Positions 42,445 through 52,889 of a stretch of 64,000 nt of DNA are shown here, one piece after another (positions within the stretch are counted from its first letter, which is position 1; the number at the start of each line of letters is the position of its first letter). The notes under the pieces are model-generated. The model had not been told where the DNA came from. It did not search any database and saw only the letters and a program-made list of their open reading frames with translations. The stretch comes from Bdellovibrionales bacterium. GTDB taxonomy: Bacteria; Bdellovibrionota; Bdellovibrionia; Bdellovibrionales; DASUEL01. The DNA lies in the NCBI GenBank assembly GCA_050250255.1, contig JBFWOZ010000007.1, forward strand, positions 9,200-73,199, in the 5' to 3' direction. A program made the position numbers and the translations under genes.

Positions 42445-44277
42445 ATGGCTCAATTGGCTCGCAACTTCAGAATTCTTTTCGTCGTTTTGATCGCGGTAGG
42501 GTTGAGCGCGTGTTCTAGCGTTTCGACAAAGAAAAGTCCTAGCGAAGTCTCTTCCAATCCTTATTATGATGGCAATCAAGCACCAGAAGCGATGCGACCG
42601 CCCCAGGATTTTAGCACCGATAAAGTTCTGTTGGACCCCCTCTATTTAAACACTCAAGCAGACTATCACTACACTCTTGGCGAATCTTATAGCTTGGAAG
42701 GTTCTGCCGATCGCGCCATTGAAGAATTCAAACTCACACTTGTGTATGATCCTAATTCTGCAAAGGTGCGTCTTCGTCTCGCGAGCGAATACGTTCGCAA
42801 GGGGATGATTTCAGAGGCGCTCGAGCAAGCAAAAACGGCAGTACAAAACGAGCCCAACTATTACGAGGCACGCGTGCTTTATGCGGGGATTCTGGCTTCT
42901 TTGAAAGTTTATGATGAAGCAGAGGCCGAGTACAAAACGACGATCGCAAGGTTTCCAGACAAAAAAGATGCGGTTCTTCACTACGGTGCTTTGCTTGCAG
43001 AAGAGAAAAAGTATGACGAGTCGATTGCTCAATTCATGAGCCTAACTAAAGACAAAAACTACGAAACGCCACACATCCCTTACTACTATGCGGGACGTGT
43101 GTATTCAGAAGTAAAGAACTACTCCAGTGCGGAAGAATGTTACGTAAAATCTCTTTTGAGTAAGCCAGATTTTGAAGAGTCTGTTTTGGCTCTCGGTCGA
43201 CTTTTTGAAGATACAAAAAAGCGCGAGCGTACACTTCAACTTTTTGAAACCTTTCAAGATAAACAAGGTCCCAGTGAGCGTGTTGCGGAACTTCTTGCTC
43301 GTCTCTATTTAGAAGACGAAGAGTATGAAAAAGCGTATCGCCAATACGAAATCATTGAAGCTGCCGACGGTGCGAATTTAAATGTGAAAGTAAAAATGGC
43401 TTTGATCCTCATCGAAAAGAAAAACTTCGATCAAGCGATTGCAAAGTTAAAGCAAGTGTTAGCGCAGGCTCCTGACTCTGACAAAATTCGTTTTTACCTC
43501 GCTGCGGTTCACGAAGAAACAAAAGAATACGACACGGCGATTGAGCACTTTTCTAAAATTCCCACGAGTAGCAGTTTCTACGTCGAGTCCATCGTGCACA
43601 TGTCGTATCTACAAAAGGTCAAAGGAGATTTGCCTCAAGCGATCCAAACAGTAGAAGCCGCGCTCAAGATGAATCCCGATGCAGAACAGTTGTACACAAT
43701 TTACGGATCACTCCTGCATGAAAACAAACAGTACAATCAAGCCGTTGCGGCCATGTTAAAAGCGACAGAGAAATTTCCTAAAAATGATCAGATCTGGTTT
43801 TTCCTTGGTTCTCTTTACGATAAGTTAGAGAAAAAAGAAGAAACCATCACCACAATGAAAACCGTTTTAGATTTAAACGAGACGCATTATCAGGCGATGA
43901 ACTACTTAGCCTATACATATGCTGATATTGGCCAAAATTTACCTGAAGCGGAGTCCTTGGCAAAAAAGGCACTCGCATTAAAGTCCGACGATGGATACAT
44001 CCAAGACACATTGGGCTGGATTTTATTTAAGCAGGGACGATTCGACGAGTCGGTGAGAGTTCTCGAGCTTGCATATCAGCTAAAATCTGATGAAGCTATA
44101 ATTGCAGAGCATTTGGGAGATGCCTATCACCGAATGTCTTTGCCAAGTAAAGCAAAGAAAATGTACCAGAGGGCCATCCAACTTGAAACCGATACACAAG
44201 TTATTCACAAGCTTAATTCTAAAATCTCCGCGATCGATGCGGTCATGCCTTCTCGTATCCCCGCTTCTGCTGATTAG
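42445..44277 (+). CDS. TPR-repeat lipoprotein
   Basis: Start at ATG 42445 (MAQLARNF). Lipobox LSAC. More than 10 TPR-like repeats run along the sequence. Confidence 0.7.
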   Translation: MAQLARNFRILFVVLIAVGLSACSSVSTKKSPSEVSSNPYYDGNQAPEAMRPPQDFSTDKVLLDPLYLNTQADYHYTLGESYSLEGSADRAIEEFKLTLVYDPNSAKVRLRLASEYVRKGMISEALEQAKTAVQNEPNYYEARVLYAGILASLKVYDEAEAEYKTTIARFPDKKDAVLHYGALLAEEKKYDESIAQFMSLTKDKNYETPHIPYYYAGRVYSEVKNYSSAEECYVKSLLSKPDFEESVLALGRLFEDTKKRERTLQLFETFQDKQGPSERVAELLARLYLEDEEYEKAYRQYEIIEAADGANLNVKVKMALILIEKKNFDQAIAKLKQVLAQAPDSDKIRFYLAAVHEETKEYDTAIEHFSKIPTSSSFYVESIVHMSYLQKVKGDLPQAIQTVEAALKMNPDAEQLYTIYGSLLHENKQYNQAVAAMLKATEKFPKNDQIWFFLGSLYDKLEKKEETITTMKTVLDLNETHYQAMNYLAYTYADIGQNLPEAESLAKKALALKSDDGYIQDTLGWILFKQGRFDESVRVLELAYQLKSDEAIIAEHLGDAYHRMSLPSKAKKMYQRAIQLETDTQVIHKLNSKISAIDAVMPSRIPASAD

Positions 44278-44851
44278 CACTTTATTCTCTGGTTGTTCCA
44301 ATGTTCCCGTGCGATGGGATCAACAAACTCAAGGTCAGTGGAAGGGACGCGCGCTTGTTCGTGATCTTGTTGCAAAAAAAACCAATGTTGTTCGCATTGA
44401 TTTGATTGCTCAACGGCCTCAAAAGCTTCGAGCGGATTTTTCAGCATCACTCGGTATTTATCTTGGCACCTTGACAATGAATGAGAGGGAGTTATCGTTT
44501 CTCATTAAAAATCAAAAAACTCTGTATCGCGGAAGTCCACAATCTGAAAAGCTTTCGCAACTCACTCCATTTCCTTTGAGTCCTCGACAGCTGATGAGGT
44601 TGCTTTTTGACCAAGAGCCTGACGACTGGAAATGTGTAAGGGATGAGAAATCTTTTTTAAAAGAATGCATGACGGATTCTCATCTCAAAATCAGCTGGAC
44701 GAAACGCCAGGATTCCAGGCGCACTGTGACGATTTTAGGTCGACAGTTTGAGATACAACTAGACCTAAGTGGGTCTGACTCTCCGATTCCGACGAATGAC
44801 TCAATGTTTCTGCTCACCGTGCCTGCAGGATTCGCAATCAAGAAAATTTAA
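44237..44851 (+). CDS. LolB/DUF4292-like outer-membrane lipoprotein
   Basis: Start taken at ATG 44237 (MRSCLLVSPLLLISTLFSGC, lipobox FSGC). It overlaps the TPR gene end by 41 nt. The pattern WKGRALVRD...RIDLIAQRPQKLRADF...LSFLIKNQKTLYRG is LolB-like. The ORF track starts at 44102. Confidence 0.5.
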   Translation: MRSCLLVSPLLLISTLFSGCSNVPVRWDQQTQGQWKGRALVRDLVAKKTNVVRIDLIAQRPQKLRADFSASLGIYLGTLTMNERELSFLIKNQKTLYRGSPQSEKLSQLTPFPLSPRQLMRLLFDQEPDDWKCVRDEKSFLKECMTDSHLKISWTKRQDSRRTVTILGRQFEIQLDLSGSDSPIPTNDSMFLLTVPAGFAIKKI

Positions 44852-44971
44852 TATTTTGCATTAATTCAACTTCACGTTTGCGGCCCGCAAATTTTATCAA
44901 GAAGCTTGGTGTTCCTGCTTTTTATCAGGCATAATTATAAGAAGATCCTATCCCAAATTTGGAGGGGAATA

Positions 44972-47056
44972 ATGACCAATGATGCGTCAAAGATCGACTT
45001 CTCGGGTATTATTAAAAATCTACAATCTGCGCAAAACTACAAAGACTTAGCGTGGAAAGGCTCATTCAACGACTACCTCACGTTGGTGAAAGAAAATCCT
45101 AAGATCACTCGCAACGCTTTTCAGAGGTTGTATGACCTCATTATGGAAGCGGGTACAGGCGAGTACGTCGAATTTAAAAAGAACATTGTTCAATACAAGT
45201 TCTTTTCGGATGAGAAACATAACGGACAAGACGCCGTATTTGGTCTCGACGTACAACTTATGAAGTTGGTGAATGTTTTTAAATCCGCTGCACAAGGATA
45301 TGGAACAGAAAAGCGCGTGATTTTACTTCACGGTCCCGTGGGAAGCGCGAAATCAACCATTGCACGTCTTCTCAAAAAAGGTGTGGAGGAATACTCCAAA
45401 ACTGAGCAAGGTGCCATGTACACTTTTGAGTGGACCGATGAGGGTGCAAACCCACACGGTCTTCTTGGTAAAGATATCAAATCATTCCCATGTCCTATGC
45501 ACGAAGAGCCTTTGCATCTAATTCCGATCGAAATGCGTCCACGAGTCATGGAAGAAATGAATCGCGGCAATAAGGGCGAATATCGTGCTCACGTACAGGG
45601 GGAGCTTTGCCCTGCCTGCCGATTTATTTTCAAAGGTTTGCAAGATAAGTACGAAGGCGATGTTTTAAAAGTTTTCAATCACATCCGAATAAAGAGATTA
45701 ATTCTTAGTGAATCCGATCGTATCGGGATTGGAACTTTCCAACCGAAAGATGAAAAAAACCAAGATAGTACGGAGCTCACGGGGGATATTAACTACCGTC
45801 AGATTGCGATTTATGGTTCCGACTCAGATCCTCGTGCCTTTAACTTTGATGGAGAATTCAACATTGCCAACCGTGGGATGATTGAGTTTGTCGAAGTATT
45901 AAAATTAGATGTGGCGTTCTTGTACGACCTTCTCGGTGCTTCGCAAGAGCATCGTATTAAGCCCAAGAAATTTGCACAAACTCACATTGATGAAGTGATT
46001 ATTGGTCACACGAACGAGCCCGAGTATCGTCGTCTTCAAAATAATGAATTTATGGAAGCTTTAAGAGATCGTACGGTGAAAATCGATATTCCATATATCA
46101 CTAAGCTTCACAACGAAATCAGTATTTACGAAAAAGATTTTAACGATCGTAAGATTAAAGGCATTCACATTGCTCCGCATACCATCGAAATGGCAGCAAT
46201 GTGGGCTGTGATGACTCGCCTTGAAGCTCCAAAGAAGGCGAATCTCACACGCATTCAGAAGTTAAAACTTTATGATGGAAAATCTCTACCAGGTTTTACT
46301 GAGGACAACGTGAAGGAGCTTCGTAAGGAAGCCATTCGCGAAGGTTTAGATGGAATTTCTCCTCGTTACGTACAAGATAAACTTTCTAACGCTCTCGTGA
46401 ATACTAAACACGGAGATGTGGGGTGTGTGAATCCGTTTATGGTTCTCAATGAACTAGAGAGCGGATTAAAACATCACTCGCTTCTTTCGAACGAAGAAAA
46501 GAAGGCATCTTATAAAGAGATGCTCGCGAGCGTAAAAAAAGAATATGAAGACATGGTGAAGTCAGAGGTTCAGCGTGCGATCAGCGCGGATGAAAATGCT
46601 CTTTCTCGTCTGTGCGGAAACTACATCGATAACGTTAAAGCCTACACGCAGCGTGAAAAAGTGAAAAACCCGTTTACGGGTCAAGATGATGAACCAGATG
46701 AAAGACTCATGCGCTCGATCGAAGAGAAGATCGAGATTCCCGAGTCGCGTAAGGATGATTTCCGTCGTGAAATCATGAACTACATCGGAGCTCTTTCTCT
46801 TGATGGAAAGAAATTCAACTACAAAACAAATGAGCGTCTCCATAAAGCGTTGGAGCTGAAGCTGTTTGAGGATCAAAAAGACAGCATTAAGATCGCAACT
46901 CTTGTTTCGAGCGTAGTGGACAAAGCCACTCAAGAAAAAATCGACATCGTTAAGACTCGTTTAATTAAAGATTACGGTTACTGCGAAATCTGTTCGACAG
47001 ACGTATTAAATTACGTAGCCAGTATCTTTGCTCGCGGGGACGTAAAAAAGACTTAA
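44972..47056 (+). CDS. prkA: PrkA family serine protein kinase (YeaG-like, AAA-type N-domain)
   Basis: GGAGGGG RBS before ATG 44972. Walker A-like is [12 protein letters not shown]. The length and the blocks [10 protein letters not shown] and [16 protein letters not shown] are typical of PrkA/YeaG. Confidence 0.85.
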   Translation: MTNDASKIDFSGIIKNLQSAQNYKDLAWKGSFNDYLTLVKENPKITRNAFQRLYDLIMEAGTGEYVEFKKNIVQYKFFSDEKHNGQDAVFGLDVQLMKLVNVFKSAAQGYGTEKRVILLHGPVGSAKSTIARLLKKGVEEYSKTEQGAMYTFEWTDEGANPHGLLGKDIKSFPCPMHEEPLHLIPIEMRPRVMEEMNRGNKGEYRAHVQGELCPACRFIFKGLQDKYEGDVLKVFNHIRIKRLILSESDRIGIGTFQPKDEKNQDSTELTGDINYRQIAIYGSDSDPRAFNFDGEFNIANRGMIEFVEVLKLDVAFLYDLLGASQEHRIKPKKFAQTHIDEVIIGHTNEPEYRRLQNNEFMEALRDRTVKIDIPYITKLHNEISIYEKDFNDRKIKGIHIAPHTIEMAAMWAVMTRLEAPKKANLTRIQKLKLYDGKSLPGFTEDNVKELRKEAIREGLDGISPRYVQDKLSNALVNTKHGDVGCVNPFMVLNELESGLKHHSLLSNEEKKASYKEMLASVKKEYEDMVKSEVQRAISADENALSRLCGNYIDNVKAYTQREKVKNPFTGQDDEPDERLMRSIEEKIEIPESRKDDFRREIMNYIGALSLDGKKFNYKTNERLHKALELKLFEDQKDSIKIATLVSSVVDKATQEKIDIVKTRLIKDYGYCEICSTDVLNYVASIFARGDVKKT

Positions 47057-47086
47057 GGTGAAGTTATAATTTTGAATTGAGTTGAA

Positions 47087-48181
47087 ATGGGAATTAGACA
47101 AGACCACTCTCGATTTCGAGATATTATTAAAGGTCGCATAAAAGAAAATTTTAAGCGCTATATCACTCATGGAGAAATGATTGGTAAGCGCGAAAATGAT
47201 TTTGTGAAGATTCCCATTCCTCATATTGAAATCCCTCGCTTTAAATATGGACCCAAACAATCGGGCGGAATCGGCCAGGGCGAAGGAAACCCGAACGACC
47301 CTTTAGAGGAGGGAAAGCCGGGACAAGGTGCTGCCGGCGATGTGCCAGGTGAGCACATTTTAGAGGCCGATGTTTCTCTCGAGGAGCTGGCAGAAATTCT
47401 TGGTGAGCAACTGGCTCTTCCTAAGATTGAGCCTAAGGGCAACAAAACCATTGATACGACTCACATTAAGTATTCTGGTCTCGCTCCTGTGGGTCCCGAA
47501 GGACTAAGGCATTTTAAATCGTCTTATAAACAAGCACTCAAAAGATCCATCTCGATGGGAATGTATGATCCAGATAATCCTGTGATTATTCCTATCAAAA
47601 AAGACATGCGCTACAAATCCTACAAGACCGTGGTGAAACCTCAGGCGAATGCCGTCGTTATCTACATGATGGACGTTTCGGGCTCGATGGGTGAAGAGCA
47701 AAAAGAGATTGTTCGTCTCGAGAGCTTTTGGATTAACACGTGGCTCAAACATCATTACAAGGGCCTTCACACGCGTTTCATTATTCACGATGCGGGAGCG
47801 AAAGAAGTCGATGAAGCCACTTTTTTTAGTACGAGCGAATCGGGTGGAACATTGATCAGTAGCGCATATAATCTCTGCAAAAAAATCATCGACGAAGAAT
47901 ACCCCATTAACGAATGGAACATTTATCCTTTTCATTTTAGTGACGGGGATAACTGGAGCAGTGAAGATACTCAGTATTGTATTAAACTCCTCAAAGAAGA
48001 CCTCACGCAAAAAGTGAACATGTTCTGTTACGGGCAAGTTGAGAGTAAGTACGGAAGTGGGCAGTTCCTCAAGGATCTCGAGGCGGCCTTTCCTGAAAGC
48101 GAAAGCATCATCATGAGTAAAATTGAAAATCGCTCAAAAATCCCCGAATCCATCAAAGATTTTTTAGGAAAGGGTAAGTGA
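47087..48181 (+). CDS. yeaH: YeaH/DUF444 family protein (vWA-like)
   Basis: 364 aa. [12 protein letters not shown] is a vWA-like metal site. It holds the conserved position after prkA. Confidence 0.8.
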   Translation: MGIRQDHSRFRDIIKGRIKENFKRYITHGEMIGKRENDFVKIPIPHIEIPRFKYGPKQSGGIGQGEGNPNDPLEEGKPGQGAAGDVPGEHILEADVSLEELAEILGEQLALPKIEPKGNKTIDTTHIKYSGLAPVGPEGLRHFKSSYKQALKRSISMGMYDPDNPVIIPIKKDMRYKSYKTVVKPQANAVVIYMMDVSGSMGEEQKEIVRLESFWINTWLKHHYKGLHTRFIIHDAGAKEVDEATFFSTSESGGTLISSAYNLCKKIIDEEYPINEWNIYPFHFSDGDNWSSEDTQYCIKLLKEDLTQKVNMFCYGQVESKYGSGQFLKDLEAAFPESESIIMSKIENRSKIPESIKDFLGKGK

Positions 48182-48182
48182 G

Positions 48183-49703
48183 ATGTCGAATCTGACTCCT
48201 GAGCTTGAAAAAGCCAGACTCGAAATCAAAAAAATTGCGGAGAGCTATGGTCTCGACTTTTTCGAAACGATTTTCGAAGTCATCACTTACGATCAAATGA
48301 ATCAGTTCGCCGCTTACGGAGGCTTCCCTGTTCGCTATCCTCACTGGCGCTTTGGAATGGAATATGAATCTCTCTCAAAGGGTTACGAATACGGACTTTC
48401 TAAAATTTACGAAATGGTGATCAACACGAACCCTTGTTATGCCTACCTCATGGAAGGCAATATGCTTGTAGATCAAAAGCTCGTGATGGCTCACGTTTAT
48501 GGTCACTGCGACTTCTTTAAAAATAATCAGTGGTTTGGAAAAACGAATCGCAAGATGATGGACGTAATGGCAAACCATGCCACTCGTATTAGTCGATATA
48601 TGGATCGTTATGGGGTTGAAGACGTCGAAAATTTTATCGATCAGTGTTTAAGCATCGAAAATTTGATCGATCGTTACAGTCCTTATATTGAGCCGAGCAA
48701 AGAAAAGAAAGAGTCAGAGGAAACGCCGAAGCCACAAAATCCCTTCTTGTTTCAGACTGAACGCAGTTACATGGATAAGTTTATCAATCCCCCTGATTTA
48801 GTTGAAAAACAGCGAGATGAGCATCAAAAGTCGGAAGAGATTAAACAAGTTTTTGGTCGCCCTGAGCGTGATGTCCTGAATTATTTGATTCAGCACGCGC
48901 CTCTTAAAACTTGGCAGCAGGACATTCTCGCGATCATTCGCGAAGAAGCTTATTATTTTGCTCCCCAGGGTATGACCAAAATCATGAACGAGGGCTGGGC
49001 CTCTTACTGGCATAGCACGATGATGACCCAAAATATTTTATCGGATTCAGAAGTCATTGATTATGCCGATCATCACAGTGGAACGGTTTCAATGACACCG
49101 TCCAGATTTAATCCCTACAAAGTGGGCATTGAATTATTCCGTGATATCGAAGAGCGCTGGAACAAAGGCCAATTTGGTAAAGAGTGGAACGAGTGTGACA
49201 ACTATGGTGAGCGAAGAAATTGGAATAAAAAATTAGGACTTGGTCGTCAAAAAATTTATGAAGTTCGACGAGATTACAATGACGTCACTTTTATCGATAC
49301 GTTTATGACCGAAGAGTTTTGCGTTCAAAATAAATTATTCGTTTACAAATTTAATAAAAAAACTCAGCGCTACGAAATCGACACGAAAGATTTCAAACAG
49401 ATCAAAAGACAACTTCTGTTTCAATTAACCAATTGGGGCCAGCCGATCATTGAAGTGATTGATGGAAATTTTGAAAACCGTGGTGAGTTGTTATTAAGGC
49501 ATCTCTATGAGGGTGTCGATATGCAACCCGATTACATGGAGGCGACGCTCAAAAATATTCAAGCGATTTGGGGGCGTCCCGTGAATCTTGCCACTTACAT
49601 GGATCAAGAGCCAAAAGTTTATCATTTCAATGGCAAAGAATTTAAAGATCTCACGAACAGTAACAGCCAGCCGCTCGCAAAGGGTGAAGCCAATAAAGGT
49701 TAG
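48183..49703 (+). CDS. spoVR: SpoVR/YcgB family protein
   Basis: 506 aa. [26 protein letters not shown] and [11 protein letters not shown] are characteristic SpoVR blocks. It starts 1 nt after the yeaH stop. Confidence 0.85.
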   Translation: MSNLTPELEKARLEIKKIAESYGLDFFETIFEVITYDQMNQFAAYGGFPVRYPHWRFGMEYESLSKGYEYGLSKIYEMVINTNPCYAYLMEGNMLVDQKLVMAHVYGHCDFFKNNQWFGKTNRKMMDVMANHATRISRYMDRYGVEDVENFIDQCLSIENLIDRYSPYIEPSKEKKESEETPKPQNPFLFQTERSYMDKFINPPDLVEKQRDEHQKSEEIKQVFGRPERDVLNYLIQHAPLKTWQQDILAIIREEAYYFAPQGMTKIMNEGWASYWHSTMMTQNILSDSEVIDYADHHSGTVSMTPSRFNPYKVGIELFRDIEERWNKGQFGKEWNECDNYGERRNWNKKLGLGRQKIYEVRRDYNDVTFIDTFMTEEFCVQNKLFVYKFNKKTQRYEIDTKDFKQIKRQLLFQLTNWGQPIIEVIDGNFENRGELLLRHLYEGVDMQPDYMEATLKNIQAIWGRPVNLATYMDQEPKVYHFNGKEFKDLTNSNSQPLAKGEANKG

Positions 49704-50113
49704 TTGAGAGCGAAATAGAAAAGTTGGCCGGCAAGCCCTAATATCATGAGCCAACCAGTTGCAAACCAACGTACGCGTTTCATGATGCGATTTTTTCCAA
49801 GATGTTCAAAGGAGTGTCCTAAGCGACTCGCAACAAAAAGCCATGCGAGAATCAAAGTGATTTGATCCACATTCTTCATTGCAAAGTGGGCAACACAAAG
49901 AATAAGAAACACGGTCGGCAATTCAAACTGGTGATCGTAATGTCGACCAACGACGACAACACGTTCGGAAGCATCACCCTGGTAGGATTTAAAAAACTGC
50001 ATAGGCATTTTTTTTGATTTGATCGCGCCAAGACGCGTACGAAAATTCAACAGAGCTAAACACCAGATGTAGAACACATAGAAAATCATGGGGAAGAGAA
50101 TTTGTTTTTCCAT
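49700..50113 (-). CDS. MAPEG-family-like small membrane protein
   Basis: 137 aa with 3-4 TM helices. GRHYDHQFELPTVF resembles the MAPEG R..H.N..E motif. Confidence 0.45.
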   Translation of the reverse strand: MEKQILFPMIFYVFYIWCLALLNFRTRLGAIKSKKMPMQFFKSYQGDASERVVVVGRHYDHQFELPTVFLILCVAHFAMKNVDQITLILAWLFVASRLGHSFEHLGKNRIMKRVRWFATGWLMILGLAGQLFYFALN

Positions 50114-50173
50114 GCAGTTACTCGATCATCCCCAATTCTTTTCTGTCAAACCGCGTATTGGCCGCCTATATGG

Positions 50174-51046
50174 CTAAGGTACTGGCTCTAAAATCTGCAT
50201 TGCAGAGTAGCCAACGAGACGAATCATGTTGGCGAGATACTTGTAGTTAATCGTATCCCAGGTGTCACAGGCTTGATGGTAGCAGGGCGTGCTGTCTCCA
50301 GTGAAAAACTTTTCTTGAGCGTTCACAGCGGGTAGACCGGCTCTCCAAAAGCTGCCTTGATCTGAGCGACGATTACATTGAATGACTGGCTTCAGAAAAA
50401 GGTTTTGCGTTTGGATTGTATTGATCATGAGTTTTGCGAGAGCATGACTTGCTTCCCCACTCTCAGCACAAACTTGAACTTCCATGCCACCATCATCATT
50501 AGAATCATAACCAATCATATCCATAGTGAAAGCGCCGGCAAAAGGTGGCTTCAAAACTTCTCTTACGAAAATAGAAGAACCGACCAACCCGCTTTCTTCA
50601 TGATCAAAAAAAACGACTTGAATCGTGTTTTTAAAGTTCGTCTTTGCCAATGAGGTCGCAATGATCAGGGCACCAATGCTTCCTGATGTGTTGTCGTCGG
50701 CACCAGAATAGTAACGGTCATAATGAGCGCCGATAAGAACTGTTTTAGGGGTTGGGGAGGACCCCTTCTTTTCAAAAACTAAATTGAGACCTGAAGCGTA
50801 TCCAAGCTTGAAAGCGTGAGGGGTGTAGCTGTAGCCTAAAGCTTTAAGTGCCTCGATATAATATTGCTGGCGCTGTGCTTGTTCCATCGTTGTGAGAAGC
50901 TTCATCTTTGTAATGAGGTCAGCTTCACTCACTTCAACCTGAGGAAGTGCTAAGGCAGCAGTCGAAAAAAACAAAGTGACAAAAATAGATAAGATGAATT
51001 TCAAGCAGTCTCCTTTAAACAAAAAATGTCTAAAGGATATATTCAT
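50174..51046 (-). CDS. secreted M28-family aminopeptidase
   Basis: Signal peptide is present. GAHYDRYYSGADDNTSGSIGAL and FFDHEESGLVGS are the M28 zinc-ligand blocks. Confidence 0.75.
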   Translation of the reverse strand: MNISFRHFLFKGDCLKFILSIFVTLFFSTAALALPQVEVSEADLITKMKLLTTMEQAQRQQYYIEALKALGYSYTPHAFKLGYASGLNLVFEKKGSSPTPKTVLIGAHYDRYYSGADDNTSGSIGALIIATSLAKTNFKNTIQVVFFDHEESGLVGSSIFVREVLKPPFAGAFTMDMIGYDSNDDGGMEVQVCAESGEASHALAKLMINTIQTQNLFLKPVIQCNRRSDQGSFWRAGLPAVNAQEKFFTGDSTPCYHQACDTWDTINYKYLANMIRLVGYSAMQILEPVP

Positions 51047-51102
51047 AGTTTAAACAAATATGCAAGTGGGCGAAACTGAAGAGGACGTATTAAAATACGA
51101 AA

Positions 51103-51573
51103 CTAATCGTCGTCTTCGTCCGCGTAATCTTCATCATCCTCGTCGAGATCAAGATCGTCGTCGTCATCGTCGTCTTCATCCTCTTCGTCGTCTGTACGAG
51201 CCGCTTTTTTGTTAGCGGTTTCGAGGAAGTCCGCGAGTTCTTGTGGGCTTTCGGCTTCAACACGAATGAGCCAGCCATCACCCATAGGATCTTCAGAGAT
51301 GAGTTCGGGATTTTCAATGACGGAAGCATTCACTTCGATCACGTTGCCTCTGACGGGAACGTAGAGATGAAGAGGTCCGTCGCGGGTATCAAGCTCACCA
51401 CAAACCTCATCGGCATCAACAACCGTGTTTTCTGTTGGTAATTCTGCAGAAGTGATTTCGCTCAGTTCGTCTAAGCCTTCTTCTGTGATTCCAATAGTTA
51501 AGACACTGTCATTCACAGTAATCCACTCATATTCAGCGTATGGAATAAAATCTTCTTCAAAATCTTTTGCCAT
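51103..51573 (-). CDS. GcvH-like protein lacking the lipoyl-lysine, with poly-acidic C-terminal tail
   Basis: Start at ATG 51573 (MAKDFEEDF). EYEWITV...IGITEEG...VPVRGNVIEVN...PELISEDPMGDGWLIRVE follows GcvH. The ESVK lysine position reads ELDTRDG. The tail is TDDEEDEDDDDDDDLDLDEDDEDYADEDDD. Confidence 0.65.
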   Translation of the reverse strand: MAKDFEEDFIPYAEYEWITVNDSVLTIGITEEGLDELSEITSAELPTENTVVDADEVCGELDTRDGPLHLYVPVRGNVIEVNASVIENPELISEDPMGDGWLIRVEAESPQELADFLETANKKAARTDDEEDEDDDDDDDLDLDEDDEDYADEDDD

Positions 51574-51741
51574 TTTTTCTCTCCGAAGTGTGAGGAAGCT
51601 ATCAAATGCTAACAAAGACCGCCATCTTTTTTCTGTTACTGCATTGCTTCCCAATAAATTATTTTATGAGTCCTCGTGTTGCGCGACCCCCTTATTTTTG
51701 ATACAAGCATCGACCGTCTAAAAAATTCTGGGGGGAATGAA

Positions 51742-52371
51742 ATGGATGTAAATACGAATTCTACGGAGTCGGCTGTCCTTTCGAGCACTTTATTCGTCTA
51801 TGGTTCATTTTATGAGGGGATGGTTCACTTTGAGCGTATTGCTCCATTTATTAGCAAAAAAGAAGATGCCGTTTTAAAAGCCACAGCTTATCGTTTGGAT
51901 GCAGGTTATCCTGTTCTTCTATTAGAGGGTGAAGATACGATTCGCGGCCAACTCGTTTCTATTGAAGCTCCTGAAACTCTTTGGAAACTTCTTGATGAAT
52001 TTCATGGTTATTCTTTAAAAACTCCTGAAAAAAGTCTTTTCTTTAGAGCCTCTGTAGAAGTGGAAGTGAATGGAGAAAAAATCCATAGCTGTTCGTATGT
52101 GATGAATCCTATTAAACTTCCACGATCCGCACAAAAAATTGAAAATGGAGACTGGCAAGGTTCCATCACCGCTCGTGAACCGATGGTAAAAACTTTGACT
52201 GTGAATCAGCGAACTTATGTTCAAAAGCTAGGTCGCTCCACAGGTCGCGATATTGTCCCTATTAACCTCGACCTTTATCGAGAGTTAATGAACAAGGGGC
52301 TTATCGTAGACAAAGGTCGAAGACTCGCGCTCACTTCTCTCGGACAAGAAGTGTTTCGATATCTGGAATGA
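51742..52371 (+). CDS. gamma-glutamylcyclotransferase (AIG2/GGACT)-like domain fused to an uncharacterised C-terminal domain
   Basis: Start at ATG 51742. LFVYGSFYEGMVHFERI is an AIG2-like opening (YGSL/T...G..N). The C-terminal ~70 aa (LTVNQRTYVQKLGRSTGRD...LIVDKGRRLALTSLGQEVFRYLE) looks winged-helix-like. Confidence 0.45.
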   Translation: MDVNTNSTESAVLSSTLFVYGSFYEGMVHFERIAPFISKKEDAVLKATAYRLDAGYPVLLLEGEDTIRGQLVSIEAPETLWKLLDEFHGYSLKTPEKSLFFRASVEVEVNGEKIHSCSYVMNPIKLPRSAQKIENGDWQGSITAREPMVKTLTVNQRTYVQKLGRSTGRDIVPINLDLYRELMNKGLIVDKGRRLALTSLGQEVFRYLE

Positions 52372-52838
52372 GTTCTTCCAAGTTTCATGTTGTTCTTGTT
52401 GAACCAGAAATTCCTAATAATACCGGGAATATTGGTCGCACCTGCGTTGCTGCGACTTGCGATCTTCATTTGATAGGGAAACTCGGCTTTGAGATCACCG
52501 ATACCAATTTAAAGCGCGCAGGCCTCGATTATTGGCAACATTTGAGCTGGTATCACCATGCAAGTTGGGAAGAGTGGCTCAAACAGGTTCCAGATTCGAG
52601 CCGCATTTTTCTTTTTACGGCTAAGGCCAAGAAAAGCCTCTTCCAAGCTCAGTTCCAGGAAGGTGATTGGCTCGTATTTGGTAAGGAAACTGAAGGATTA
52701 TCGGCTGATATTGTTGCGCAGCATAATGAGCGTGCGCTCACAATTCCTCAATATGGCCCCGTAAGAAGTTTGAATCTCGCAAATGCGGTCACCGTAGCCG
52801 TGTATGAGGCCATTCGTCAGATCCATTTCCCCTCTTAA
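52368..52838 (+). CDS. trmL: tRNA (cytidine/uridine-2'-O)-methyltransferase TrmL (SpoU/TrmH family)
   Basis: FHVVLVEPEIPNNTGNIGRTC and the C-terminal SLNLANAVTVAVYEAIRQ are TrmL hallmarks. 156 aa. Confidence 0.85.
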   Translation: MSSSKFHVVLVEPEIPNNTGNIGRTCVAATCDLHLIGKLGFEITDTNLKRAGLDYWQHLSWYHHASWEEWLKQVPDSSRIFLFTAKAKKSLFQAQFQEGDWLVFGKETEGLSADIVAQHNERALTIPQYGPVRSLNLANAVTVAVYEAIRQIHFPS

Positions 52839-52889
52839 GCACGACTGCGAAATAGACACTCGATGTAGGAAGCGATAAGCTACATTTCT

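Noticed and set aside
44895-44925. Possible sigma54 promoter (TGGTGTTCCTGCTTT) upstream of prkA, attractive because yeaG is nitrogen-regulated in E. coli
   Set aside because: The GG and GC elements are separated by only 7 nt instead of the 10 nt in TGGCAC-N5-TTGC. The spacing is therefore incompatible.
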